Assembly (NCBI GenBank): GCA_030704615.1 | Contig: CM060732.1 | Span: 1,302,001 to 1,366,000, forward strand | Source of the DNA: Takakia lepidozioides | Taxonomy: Eukaryota > Plantae > Bryophyta | DNA length: 64,000 bases | Direction: 5' to 3' | Part shown: positions 1 to 12,423 of the stretch, in pieces | How positions within the stretch are numbered: the first letter of the stretch is position 1 | How the letters are laid out: each line of letters starts with the position of its first letter | Program-made: the position numbers and the translations under genes | The notes under the pieces: generated by a model | What the model was told of the DNA's origin: nothing | The model's database searches: none | Seen by the model: the letters and a program-made list of their open reading frames with translations, nothing else

Positions 1-54
1 TACCGAATGTTGTTTACAACACATGAAGTGGTGATTACTTTTAAACTTTGAACC

Positions 55-2998
55 TCATACCTGGGAGTCCGCAATTGGCTCCTCCGGTGACTCCTCAATC
101 AGCTCTTCTACAATCAGCTCTTCAGAACTTGGTACCCATCTAATGCCAACCCAAGTGCATCTTAATCTCCACAAAGCGTTGTGCGCTGCTGCGCTTGAGT
201 TTAAGGATGCTGCACGTCGAGCCTGAATTGCCTCCTCACCTCTAAGGCTATCAATGGCAACATTCGATTGAAGGCTTTTGTTTCTGAATCTATGTTGAAT
301 GATCCTGAACCAGTGTTCATAGGTCTGTACCAAAGGACTTTTCTTGCATTTTGTTCCAGCATGTTGAGTATGACGCTAATATGCCGCTTTTGCCGTGTGA
401 TGCGAGTTTTCCATTCCTTGACATGACCAAACAGATAGGCTTCCATACCTTTCAACAAACCACGGGGTGTGCTTGACCAATATGTGCTGCAAATTATCAA
501 CTTAAACAATTAGCATTGTCATCTATGTTATTTTACTACAAGCATTCCAATCAACTTGAACAATTAGCATTGTCATCTATAAGTGTTATAATTGAAATGC
601 AAAATTTTACTATAAGCATTCCAATCAATATCAAGAGATGTTGTAGATACTCACAATATAGTGTGTAACTAGACCCTCCCCCCAACTCTTGATGAAAGCG
701 CGTCCGAATTCCTCCACACATTTCTTATATTCAGCTTTTTGTCCACCGGCGATTGTAAGGCCAGAAAGATAGGGTCGCAATTTATCAAATGCAACCCAAC
801 ATGCTAATCGATTTCTCCTACATGCCCCATCTTCAGTGTGGTTGTGCTCGGACTTTACCACATCAATGTACAACTTGTCGGAGCTTCCCTCTAAAGTACT
901 CGGTTTAAAGAGTTTGGCAACATGTGGGCCACTGAACGAAGGTTTGTTGGGGATATTACTCAATTTGCCAGACAGTTGATCATCTTTCATGATCTTAACG
1001 AAACCACCGTGTGCACCAATGTTGGACAACACTTTTTCCATGTCAGCAATAGCTAACTCTTGTAATTTCTTATCACGAATGGTCCAGACGAACATGAAAT
1101 GGAGGTGGACCATTTTCTCAATGATCCTATTCATGGCGTGTAAAGTGCAAATATGCACTCTTTCAATGGGGATAGGCAACACTGGTTTCCAACGATCTTT
1201 TCCCTAACTCCCACTCACGGGTTTGGCAGTAATGTTTTGGGCAAATAAGCCTCCATTTCATGTATGGGAACGCTTACTAATAGCAGCAGAGGCGTCCTTC
1301 ATGGACCCCACTACAGACTTGACTCTCTCCTGCATGCAATAAATGCAAGAATGCAAACTATTTGCACCTCCCTTCAAACCGAACATGGCTTTTATTGTCT
1401 TCATGTCGGCTGCCATGTGCCACTCTACCTTGTAATCACCAAAACCTGGGACGTGAAGAAGTTGCCTATCTTCTTGGGCTTGAATTAGCGAAGGGAGTTT
1501 GGTTTGTTGGAACACCCAGTTCAGAACCTCTGTGTTCTCCTTTGCTTCTTGAAAACAAGCTATAGGCCAAATCTCTCTCTCACTTTGCACACTGAAAAAC
1601 TTTTCACTATCCGGAGTGATGGATGGGTCTAATGCACGGTTCATGAGGGTAATACTCACTCTTTCCAGCTTTTGGGCATGAATGACCTCTGCCTCATCAA
1701 GCTTCAAGACAAACTGTAGAGGGCTCCCCTTCAATTCTGTAAAATCAAAATCAAGCAATCAATACTAAGAATATATAAAAATAAGAATATTGTAAAGACA
1801 CTGAATTTATAGGTGCACGATATAGAAAACTTACCAACAAGTGTGATCTCGTACAATTCAACCATGGTGCGCTGCACCTGCTCCACATCCGCGAAAAAAG
1901 AGTTGTGCTCGGATAGTGTCACTCGAGTAGCCTCATTCTTTTCACCGTTCTTAACCTTTTTAGGAACTTCAAGGCTGTTGTTCAAGTGGTAGTATTCACC
2001 TACGAAATCCTGAAGCTTGGAGTTCAATTCCTTACGCAATTTTGACACTCGATGCGGATTGGGTAGACATCCTACTCTCATCCCTTTGGAGGCAACTTTT
2101 ACACCACCTTTAAACTTTTTGTAAATTGCACTGTAACCTGTTTGGGTGATCCCATTCCTGTCACACGTCTCCAAAATCTCACTGGGCCCAACCTGTTTGC
2201 CGATTTCATTGAGATATTGATTTGCCATTTTTGCACCTATGTGAGTAAAAGTAGGCACATGCAACATCGAATCTACCTCTGTCCTTGAGCGAAGACTTTT
2301 CCAAATTCTTCTTGGGAACTTCTATCGCCACAAAGCCTCTTGTTGTTGTTTGATGCAACGTTCTCTTGTTGCACTTTTCGTGCAGTAGCTGGCATAATGA
2401 TACTCCGCGCCAATCTTCTAAGCACCTTGGCTTGTCCACCATTTGGTGCAAGATTGTTCAGATCTTTCCTCTAGTGTATTTGGCTTCTAGGTCCATGTGG
2501 GGTGTTGCGAACCTTACTCAATTTTTGCTCCAAGCGAGTATAAGTTGTCCTAGACCTTGTGAGCTGCAACCTAAGGGATCTCAATTCGGACTTGTGGGAA
2601 CTCGCAATCTGATCTAACTCCATCGCATGAATTGATCGTACAGCTTCCAATTGAGCTTCACAAACACCATCCATTACACGAACTTCTTCTTCTTTATTTT
2701 GAACTTGTAACCGCAGACTATGCAGCCGACTCTCATATGAAGCTCTCATGTTGCTCATGTTGCTTTCCAGAGTAATGATCCGAGCACTCAATGAATCAAT
2801 CTCCACACTTTCTACTTGAACTTGATCCCTCAATTTTTGAATCTCTACTGCGCTTTGCTGTTGTGCAGCTTCGAATAGAATTCGCCAATTTGCGGTCTCT
2901 ACAGTGGTTGAGCAAACACTTTGAAGGTGTTTCACATAACCCAGAAAACCCTCCTCTCCATCTCCCACAAATTGAAGCATGTCTCTTATGAAGCTCAT
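55..2998 (-). pseudogene. Spliced RAG1/Transib-like DDE transposase with N-terminal coiled coil, inactivated
   Basis: Joining the ORFs through GT-AG introns 1834-1737 and 654-487 gives LKLDEAE (D at 1698-1696), WHMAADMKTIKAMFGL..SCIYC (D at 1407-1405 plus CxxC), ICTLHAMNRI and THYI/HILVKHTPWFVERYGSLSVWSCQGMENSH (E at 411-409). These parallel RAG1 GYDEK..CTLC, DALH and TNYFHKTLAH..GSIGAWASEGNES. In-frame stops at 2471, 1258, 1204 and 376 and a frameshift near 2285. The 5' end is uncertain. Confidence 0.8.
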
Positions 2999-3099
2999 GT
3001 TGGGACGTACTCCTGTAGCAGGGTCAATGGGATAAAGGGATGAATCAAGCCAGAGATCTATGTTCGTACCTCCTGCTCTCCATTTTTTAGGGCAGCAAA

Positions 3100-3410
3100 G
3101 CCGTGAGCAGAACCTGTGAGCAGATTCCTGGATGCGTGAGCAGATTCCCCGAAGCGTGAGCAGAATCAAAGCGTGAACAGATTTCGCGCTGGACCTCAAA
3201 ACCGTGGGAACAAGTGGGCCTATTTCCGTGGACGCCAACTTCACTGCAAAGACGCAGTCTCCGCACCATCGGACCGAAGACAAACAGGCTCCATGACGAG
3301 AAAGTGGCACGAATGCACGATGATACATTCACGGATGAATGGATTTGGGATGAACGTAAAAGTGTTATGGATGAATGTTGGATGAAGCACGGATGAGAAG
3401 TTGTCCAGAT
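3100..3410. repeat. Cluster of short GTGAGCAG motifs followed by GGATGA motifs upstream of the transposase
   Basis: About 5 GTGAGCAG/GTGAACAG copies at 3100-3180 and repeated GGATGA at 3330-3410. Similar motifs, partly inverted, occur at 13930-14165. Confidence 0.55.
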
Positions 3411-3439
3411 GAGGGGTCTATGAAGGACTGCATGAGCAT

Positions 3440-4045
3440 GTCTCCTGAGGGATCAACAAGCGCATGCACCAGGCATTAAGGTGTCTCAACGACATCTTAA
3501 ATCGCATGCTCAGCATGAGAAATGAACCCATGGAAATCGTTGCAAGAAGAAAAATGTGGCCTGGAAAAAATCATAGGGGGAGTTGTAACCCTTCTCAGGG
3601 AATGACGAATTAAGATGTCTTCAACGACATCTTAATCCCCTGCCCTCTTTGAACATGGGAATTTCACCAAACAGGATAAAACACAATATATATCTATATA
3701 TATCTATATATCTATATATATCTATATCTATATATGTAAGCCCAAAAATGGAGAAAGACTTGGGTTTACTTGAACAAAGTGGATCCATGAAAGTCTCTTG
3801 AGGGATCAGCAAGCGCATGCACCAGGCATTAAGGTGTCGTCAACGACATCTTAAATCGCATGCTCAGCATGAGAAATGAACCCATGAAAATCGTTGCAAG
3901 AAAAAAAATGTGGCTTGGAAAAAATCATAGGGGGGAGTTGTAACCCTGCTCAGGGAATGACGAATTAAGATGTCGTCAACGACATCTTAATCCCCTGCCC
4001 TCTTTGAACATGGGGAATTTCACCAAACAGGATCAATCACAATAT
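3440..4045. repeat. Direct repeat with ~353-bp offset, each copy carrying two 26-bp palindromes (TCAA loop orientation)
   Basis: 3440-3690 is nearly identical to 3793-4045. Palindromes at 3476, 3610, 3829 and 3965 (3965-3990 has perfect arms: TTAAGATGTCG TCAA CGACATCTTAA). A TA/TATC microsatellite lies at 3686-3735. Confidence 0.9.
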
Positions 4046-4056
4046 ATTATATATAT

Positions 4057-5571
4057 CCGACTGCATGTCACAAACAGCAATAGTCATAACTCGCCGGTAC
4101 GTAGGATCATACACATGACAGGCCATGGTCGTCCAATCCTTCACTTGCTTCACGTGATCAAACATTCCCAGGACTTATGAAGATCACCCCCGGCCTACAT
4201 TCTACGCACCAAGCTAACTCCAGAACCCTCCGCAACTGTGGACATCTTGAACAAGTATACTTTTTGGGACCCTTGTCCTGGGAAAACACTGTCCTGGATG
4301 AAGTCCTATCAACTTCTGCGCTTCAATTCTAGGATGATATCTACGTATCCTTTGTTGCCTGCCCCAGTCCTAAGGACGTTGATCTGATAACGAGCATTTG
4401 GAGAAGCCAATGTTGAGAAATGGTCCATCACAAAGTCAAGCGATGCACTATCAAACTGAGTCGTTGTCTCGTCCGACTCCCCCAACAGATGTTTCTGCAA
4501 GAACCTTTTGCTTGCTGCCATAGCAATGGCTGATGGTGATGCAGTGGGAGCATTTTGAAATTCTTGCTGAAGCAGCGAACGCACTGTGTCAACACTCTCC
4601 CTGCAATCTCCTCGCGACACTGGATGTGCATGGGTGCCCAAATGGATACAAGCCCGTGTGAGGTGGTTGATACGGTGCAACACGTAGTACATCCGTGCAT
4701 TGCATTCCGCCATGCACTGTGGCACGACTTTACAAAACTTGCAAACGACAGAACTGCTCTTTGGAGGAGCACACCCTACTTGAAATGGGTTGTCACAGAC
4801 TCCTTCCCACTCCGTCTCGTTTTCCACACCGGCCATTTGGAAATGCTGGCAATCCAAATTTGCACAACGCAAGTGCCCAACGCAAATGGATCTCCGAAAC
4901 TTTAGGCCATGCGGATTACAGATATTCGAAGTTTTAGTCCGACACCATGGGTGTACATCGTGTTTCTTGTCCATGCCCGCCATGAGTCCAGCCAAACCTC
5001 CACATGACGTCGGAGGTGGCAGTTCAAAAACGATGTCTCCATCAAAATCAGCGGGTAGAAATTTCGCTCTTTGGATCCGCTGTGTTTCCCAAACAATGCC
5101 TCTCACATCGCTCTTGCATCCTAGCAACCCTCTCAACGACTGCAACTTGGGAATGACACTAATGATCTCCTGGACATCGGGGTCCACCAGTATAGGAGGG
5201 TTCGTAGGACGAGGGACCTCTGTGACTTTGTCTTCTGAACTGTCCGAGAGGTCGACAAATGTCGTGGAGGTAGTTTCTTTTGTCTTGATGGGGACCGATT
5301 TTGGCGCCTGCACCACCAAAGCTGCTGTTCCGGGCGTGAGTATAGTGTCCGATGAAAGGCGTCTCTGATCTCCATGAACGCGGTACTTGGCGGGTGGAAC
5401 TCTCCACTCTCTTCGACCATCCCGTTTTTGCGGCTTTTGAACCTGTGTTCCCTCGACCTTCCCTCTACTATCGTACACCTCTCTAACCACATAGACGGTC
5501 CCTGGCTCAAAGCGGAATGTTATGCAAATCAAATCCTCCTCAACAACGGCCAGTCCATTGTCATCGGCCAT
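4057..5571 (-). pseudogene. GCM/WRKY-like zinc-finger plus MULE-like transposase, truncated after the first catalytic Asp
   Basis: ORF 4309-5655 contains CVGHLRCANLDC, CKFC and CNARMYY..IHLGTHAHP (GCM-like). Reading through stops and a frameshift gives DFIQDSVFPGQ..MFDHVKQVKDWTTMACHVYDPTYRRVMTIAVCDMQS, which resembles the MULE first-Asp region. The sequence then breaks at ~4057. Confidence 0.65.
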
Positions 5572-6710
5572 GGCGCTTAGGCGTGCAGAGGGGAGTACAG
5601 TATTACCACGTCTGAGGTGGGAGACATTGCGTGCATGGATTGGGGTGAAGCACACTGGACAATGTGGGGCGACTCCTCTTCTGTGTTCATACTATTTATC
5701 TTCGCACAATGTACTTTCTCCTTTCCATCATTCTCATGGTAATCATGCAGCATTTTGCCGCCATAGAAACAGCTGAGCAGTATTAAGAATTACGAGGGTG
5801 CGTTCAATTTTCTGACAATGACATATTTGCCACGGACAAACCCGCAGCCCATTCCATAACCCCTATGTAGGTCGAACACCAACTGACACCCACGGGTACG
5901 TGGTCTCCATACTGAGGTTCCACTAACAGGGCCCAGACCGGCAATGATGGTCCATACCAGTTGGCCATCACCAGCAATTCGAACAAGTCAATTAAGAGCC
6001 GTTTCTGTTTTATGGGAAAATCCCAAATGGATGATTTCGGAGATGAAACCCCAACTGCCGTCCATCCATCCATTTCCTAGACCCTAATGGAGTGTTGGAA
6101 GATGAGTGTCCCGTAAGTGTCATTTCGAACTATTCACACTGGAGCCTCCCAAGAACGTCATTGTTTCTGCAAAGAAGAGGTCGCGTAGGAAGTCTCTTTA
6201 CTACACGTCGGCGAGGCAGAGGTTGAAAGCGAGAGAGAGGATGAGGAAGACTCCGAGGGCGCTTGATCTTACCGAGGGGGAGAGCGATCGTGAAGGGGAA
6301 GGATCTGCTGGCGAAGGGTTATAGAATAGGGGAGTCGCGGAGCCGTCTGTGGACAAGCAGCTGGAGGAGCTTTTGGAACTTCCCCTTTTGCGTGAGGCTG
6401 GGATGGAAAGAATGCCACCTATAAGAGAGGAGGAAGGCATGCCAAGCAGTGATGTTACTCCTGTGCAGGAGGTCCTTACGAAGCAGGTGGCTGTGCATAC
6501 CCGGGAGCGCCCATCCAACATAGCGCTGTCTTTGCGGGCGTTGAAGAACAAGGCACAAGTGGGAGGCAACATGCAAGCAGTGGATTTGGAGACGGACAAC
6601 GCTGAACAGAGTCTCCTTCAGGTACCACCACCATTGCGATGCATAGTTCAGTTCGTTTTTGCATTGTTAGAGATGAAAACTGGTGGAGCCAGCGGAGTAT
6701 GCCCTGCATT

Positions 6711-6821
6711 TTAAGATGTCGTTGACGACAGCTTAATCTGCAATCACATCCTCACCGCCTTACCCTCCTCTCTATTTCCCACATGTTCCAATGCAGTGCC
6801 AAATTAAGCTGTCGTCAACAC
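6711..6821. repeat. Two palindrome copies (one partial, inverted) in the first intron of the ParB-MTase gene
   Basis: TTAAGATGTCG TTGA CGACAGCTTAA at 6711-6736 and TTAAGCTGTCG TCAA CAC at 6804. Confidence 0.8.
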
Positions 6822-7266
6822 AAGGCTTGATTTGTCGATCAAACAATGGGTGATGTTTTGCAGAGGAAACGGAAGAAAGCCTGGGAGAGTCTCCAGTTAC
6901 CAGCCAAGAAGAACGCACCAGACCAGAACTCTGAAATGGTCGTCAATGTGGTGAATGAAGAGGAGGTGCCAAGGGTTCACTCTCCGCAGCGGGCTGTGGC
7001 TACAGTGGAGCAGCTAGTGGACACACAGGCACGAGTGAAGGGGAAGGCACAAGTGCAAGGAACAATGCGACCTGCGGAGAAGGGGTCTTCCAGTGGCCGT
7101 CCAAAGCCTGCTAAGGTTCGTTCTAGCTTGCCCATTCTCATCTGTGAGGGTTGCTGTGAATCAGAAAAGAGGTCGATAAGTTCAAAGCCTGCCATGGTTT
7201 TTTGAAGCATAGAAGACAAGGCTGGTGGGTATTTCAGAGACTTTCATACGAACTGGAGGAGGCTGA

Positions 7267-9239
7267 TTAAGGCATCGTTGATGATACCTTAATCTGGTCA
7301 GCCATTCACATATTGAGGGTTTCTTTCAAACATAGAGGAACACGATTAAAGCACAAGTTTCCGCTTTATGAGTGGACAGTGAAGCAGAATGCAGAATGTA
7401 GATTAAGGCATCGTTGACGATACCTTAATCTGGTCTGTTATTCCCAGGGTTTCTTTGAAACAGAGACGAACAAGCTTACTGGTAGGCATACACGCTGGTG
7501 AGGGTTTCTGAAGCAGAATGAAACATGCAGATTAAGGCATCGTTGACGACACTTTAATATAGTCTGTCATTCCCGGTTTGAGGGTTTGAGTGGTGGGTAG
7601 TCTGCACAGTGAGGGGATAGCTGAAACAGAAATGAGGAGGGGAATTAAGGCATCGTTGACGACACCTTAATCTGGGAGTGGGAATCCGTTTAGCGAATAC
7701 TTTGATGCAGAGAGGAACAGGATCAGGAGTGGACATTATACACATTCAGTGGTTGTTTTCTTCTGAAATATGGAGGACGATTAAGGCATCGTTGACGATG
7801 CCTTAATCTGGCCTGTAAAATGTACGTAGACGCATAGTTTGAGGCAGAGATGAACAGGATTAGGGGTGGATAGTCTGCCTAGTGAGAGGAGTTCGAAACC
7901 AAAAATATGAGTGGTATTAAGGCATCGTTGACGATGCCTTAATCTGGAGTGAAAACCTAGTTTTGATTGGACTTTCAAGCAGAGATGAACAGGATCCAAG
8001 GTCGAGAGTATCAAAATTCAGTGGCTGTTTTGAACAGAAATAAGGAGGCAGATTAAGGCATCGTTGACGACACCTTAATCTGAACTGTCAAATACACTTT
8101 TCAGGCATACTTTGAAGCAGTTCAGAGACAGGATTAGTGGTGGATAGTCTGCACTTTGAGGGATGTCTTGAACATAAATGAAGATGCAAATTAAGGCATC
8201 GTTGACGATACCTTAATCTGGAGTGTAAAATCTGTTTCTAGGGATACTATGAAGCAGAGAGGAACACGATCAGGGGTTGAGAATATGCTCATTGAAGGGC
8301 TGTTTTAAACATAAACAAGGAGGCAGATTAAGGCATCATTGACGACACCTTAATCTGGCCTGTCAAACACTTTTCAGGCATACTTTGAAGCAGATCTAAA
8401 CATGATTAGTGGTGGGTAATCTGCACTTTGAGGGATGTCTAGAACATAAATGACGATGCGAATTAAGGTATCGTTGACGATACCTTAATCTGGAGTGTAA
8501 AATTTGTTTCTGGGGATACTATGAAACAGACAGGAACTCGATGAGGGGTGGAGAATATGCTCATTGAAGGGCTGTTTTAAATACAATCAAGGAGGTAGAT
8601 TAAGGCATCGTTGACGATACCTTAATCTGGAGTGTAAAATTTGTTTCTAGGGATACTATGAATCAGAGAGGAACACGATCAGTGGTGGGGAATGAGCTCA
8701 TACAAGGGCTGTTTTAAATATAAACAAGGAGGCAGATTAAGGCATCGTTGACGACACCTTAATCTGGCCCGTCAAAAAAACTTTTCAGGCTTACTTCGAG
8801 CAGTTTAGAGACAAGATTAATGGTGAGTAGTCTGCACTTTGAGGGATGTCTTGAATATAAATGAAGATGCGAATTAAGGCATCGTTGACGATACCTTAAT
8901 CTGGAGTATAAAATCTGGACTTCGATTCATAGAGGAAGAGGATGGGGTGTGGAGAGTAGTCACATTCAATGAGTGTTTTAAACAGAAATAAGGAGGCAGA
9001 TTAAGGCATCGTTGACAACACCTTATTCTGTCCTGTCAAATACAGTTTGATGCTTACTTTGAATCGGAGAGGAACAGTGTCATGGGTCCAGAGTGTGACT
9101 ACAGACGACAGCTTGATCTATGATATTATTTTGAATGTGGTATATACTTTGAAGCATATGAAGTGTACTTTTCAATAGGTGGGCGTGTTTAGAATCAGGG
9201 AGGAAGAGTCATAATAAGGCATCGCTAACGACACCTTAA
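7267..9239 (+). repeat. Array of 15 26-bp palindromes (11-bp arms, TTGA loop) at ~136-bp period
   Basis: Copies start at 7267, 7403, 7532, 7645, 7781, 7917, 8053, 8191, 8328, 8463, 8600, 8737, 8874, 9001 and 9214. Intervening ~110-bp segments are diverged homologues forming two roughly alternating types. Confidence 0.95.
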
Positions 9240-11044
9240 TAGTGGTCTGAATCTGTTGTGGGAAAACACAAATGAATGTAGAATAAAAGGAAGAAGGCAG
9301 GGGAAAGCCAGCCTGCACAGGAGACATCTGTTCCTGATACTCAAGATGAAGACCCATCTGACAATTACGAAGATAAAGTGCATTCATTGATGTATACCTC
9401 CAAGGTAAACTCCAGAAGGTCATAAATTCCATGGAAGTTCGGGACGGCACTCTTATGATTCCCCTATGCAGGATGATTTCCATGCCTGCCGCTTGTCCAG
9501 CCTTGCATCATGATATCAAGAAGCTACAGGGTGATTTCATCCACGGGTACTTGAAGGGCTCCGCAGTTTTTTACATTTCAGTAACAGACATCCAGGGATC
9601 AAACTGATTGACGAAGAGATTATGGCCAGTTGGGACCCGCTTTGGAATGAGGTGAATTCGGAGTTTGAGGCAAAGCTTTCCCATAACCCATTTCACATGC
9701 AGTACATGGGGAAGATGTTCTTCGTATGGGATGGTAATCACCGTTTGGTTGCCTGGATGGAATATATCACAAGAATGTATGTCGACGACAAAGACTGGCA
9801 CCACCGAGTTCTGTCAATGGTTTTGGATCCACAAGGCAAAATAACCCAACTTCTGACTGCCATGCACGATGTCAACAAGTAAGTTTTGTTTTGTTTCCTC
9901 TTTGTGAACTACATTTTTGTCCCTCGCTTCATTTCTTGTACTCATTTGCTTTCAATGCAGGGGCACGAAGACGTCACACGTCACCACGAACATAGTGCAT
10001 ACACTATTTCGGATGCAAAGTATAGGAGTCATGCCTTTGGAAACATTCTCCAGCGTCTTGTCTGCGGAGACACTGAAGAAATGCCAGACAATCAAGAAGT
10101 CTGAAGCTTGGTTCAATCTAACGAGGGAAGCTTTCCTCGAGTACTTGTACGCGGTAAGACTAGTTTCTTGTTTGTCTTGAGTTATCTTTCATTTTTGGTT
10201 TGAAGTTGTCCCTACATGGCCTGACATGTAATAATAAGCCACCGTTCTTGTGTCACAGCAAGAAATTGCGGATGCTGGAGAGCGAGCGAAGCTGGAGTAT
10301 TATGCCACTACTCCGGAGGAAGAGAGAACAGCGAATGGGGTGGAGACCAAATGAAAGATGAGATGGATACGGCAAGGAAAAACCTCAAAAGTGCGTTTGA
10401 CAAGCACATACGAATTGCTGACCCTGGGCTGGGAAAGGGGTTTCTGGAGCAGATTCGGATACACTGGAACAAGCCCACCAAGCCTGAGATGACACAGGAA
10501 AAGATCCACCGTCTGTCGATTTCCATGGTTGAGCCGGCTCAAAAAGTGAGGTGGCTCGAAATCTGGAACTCGGATCCAATCGTCCGGGACACAAATAATT
10601 TCCCAAAACCGCATAGGGACCCTGAGACAGGAGTGGTGACACCAGTGAGCGACCGTGCAATTGAGACATGGTTGCACAAAGCCACCTTCTGGAGCCAGGT
10701 AAGAATTTCCAAACGTTCCACATTGTTCGCAATGACTTCACTGTTTTTATAGTTGAACCACTGGACATATGGTCGTTCTTTTTGCAGCTGGAGAAGCGGG
10801 CCATTGAAATAAGTCACTACTAGACTACAAAATCACCATGACATCTCCCAGCATCAAGTTTGAGTCCTACGTTCGTAAATGGAGAAGAGAGCTCTGGAAG
10901 TATGCATTTTTCCGGGAGTTCGAGAAGGAGGGAGGGATTCTTCGATGTAAAGATTTCGATCATCAGTACAACGGCAAGGAGGCAATGAAACGTCTGCTGT
11001 ACAGGTGTGTGCACTGACCCATTTCTCTTTCTGTGAGGAGGAAA

Positions 11045-11414
11045 TTACGGTGTCGTCAACGACACCTTAATTTGCGCATTAATTGGCCCATATCCTGCTT
11101 ACAGTGGACCTTGTGGGACTTTCATCTTGTAAGGGGGTTTGATTTAAGGTGGCCTCAATCTCTGCAGCATTGTCCCTACTTTCAATTGCAATGCAGTCTT
11201 GTGCAGTTTTGTATTGTGTCATTCTCTTATTTGATTGCTATTTGAGAGATGGAATTAAGGTGTCGTTGACGATACCTTAAATCCATGCCCTCTTGGGATG
11301 GGTTTGCCATGAAGGGGGATCTTACATGGTCTGATTGTTTGGAAAATTGGCAACATCAGTTATGGAGTCCTGCCTCTTAGTGCCTGGATTAAGATGTCGT
11401 TGACGACACCTTAA
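11045..11414. repeat. Three palindrome copies in another intron of the ParB-MTase gene
   Basis: 11045-11070 (TCAA loop), 11255-11280 and 11389-11414 (TTGA loop), all inside intron 11005-11503. Confidence 0.85.
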
Positions 11415-12059
11415 TCCTCAGAGTGAAATGCAGCCATTTATGGCAGTTCAATGCCATTTCTGTTGCGTTCAAGGATAAAGCGGGATGGTCTTATTGTCTG
11501 CAGGTACTTTTGCTTTGTTCTTATTGCGGAGAACACACTGAGTGAGGATCCAGACTTCATTTGTGGATGGGCGAACCCAAACGATGAAACCACAATGTAC
11601 ACTGCTGGCATTGTGAAGGACTGGGGTCGGGCACATTACCATGACTGTGGGTGGTACGTGGATTGCCCCAGAGCTTCGACTCCCTGGGAGGAGAATGTCA
11701 TGAGGAATCAGAACGAGAACGCAGATTCACTGGCCCCCCGGACAGATGAGGAGTTGCAGCAAAGAGCCTTGGCGCTACTGAATAAGAAGGAGCCTACAAA
11801 ACCGGCCACCCCTGCTGACGGCAAGAAGAAAAAGAAGGGGAAACAGACAGTGGATGCTTCAGCGGCTGCTGGGGTTGCTAGGGAAGCAGTGGTAGACCCT
11901 CCTGACACTGCTAGGCCAGCTGGGGGTTTTGTAGATTTGACTGTGCCCAATAAACAGCAGACACAGGTCGCCATCACATCCACCGCGGTAGATCGGCGCA
12001 GTACACACATAGCAAAGAAACGCCCTTATGGAGCACAGCTGTGTATGTCCAGGGTGGGT

Positions 12060-12423
12060 TTGCATGCCTTGGAGTACCTGGAATCAACATTAGGGCCGCA
12101 AGCTGGGCAGGCCTTGTATCCCCCGTGTGCGCATCCTGCTAGCAACCCATAAGCTGGAAAGTCGTGGATTGACCACATCAAGATGGCCCTCATGCGAAAT
12201 GACTGTTGCCCCACTAGGCTACTTCCATCCAATGCCTCCACACCAACTTCCCACAACAATTTCAGCTCATCCACAAGGGGCTGCAGATAAACATCTGCAT
12301 TGTCATTTCCCACAGATTGTGGTCCAGGAATCAATAAAGCCAACATCGTGAAAAATGGCTTAGTACACAGCCATGGTGGAAGATTATAGTTTACCAACAT
12401 GACAGGCCAAGTTGACCATTTGT
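12060..12423 (-). mobile_element. CACTA/EnSpm Tnp2-type transposase fragment
   Basis: STWPVMLVNYNLPPWLC..MLALLIPGP..DVYLQPLVDELKLLW..RAILMWSIHDFPAYGLLAG..ACPAC is the canonical Transposase_21 core. Confidence 0.9.

Noticed and set aside
4790-5368. 192-aa plus-strand ORF and similar antisense ORFs
   Set aside because: Shadow frames of genuine coding sequence on the opposite strand.
7267-9026. Arm mismatches all form G-U pairs on the minus-strand RNA, as evidence for an RNA hairpin
   Set aside because: The copies are not independent (tandem amplification), any transition gives G-U on one strand, and the 11255 copy and array 2 give mixed polarity.
7267-9239. CRISPR array
   Set aside because: Spacers are ~110 bp and homologous to one another rather than unique, no cas genes are visible, and the context is a eukaryotic intron.
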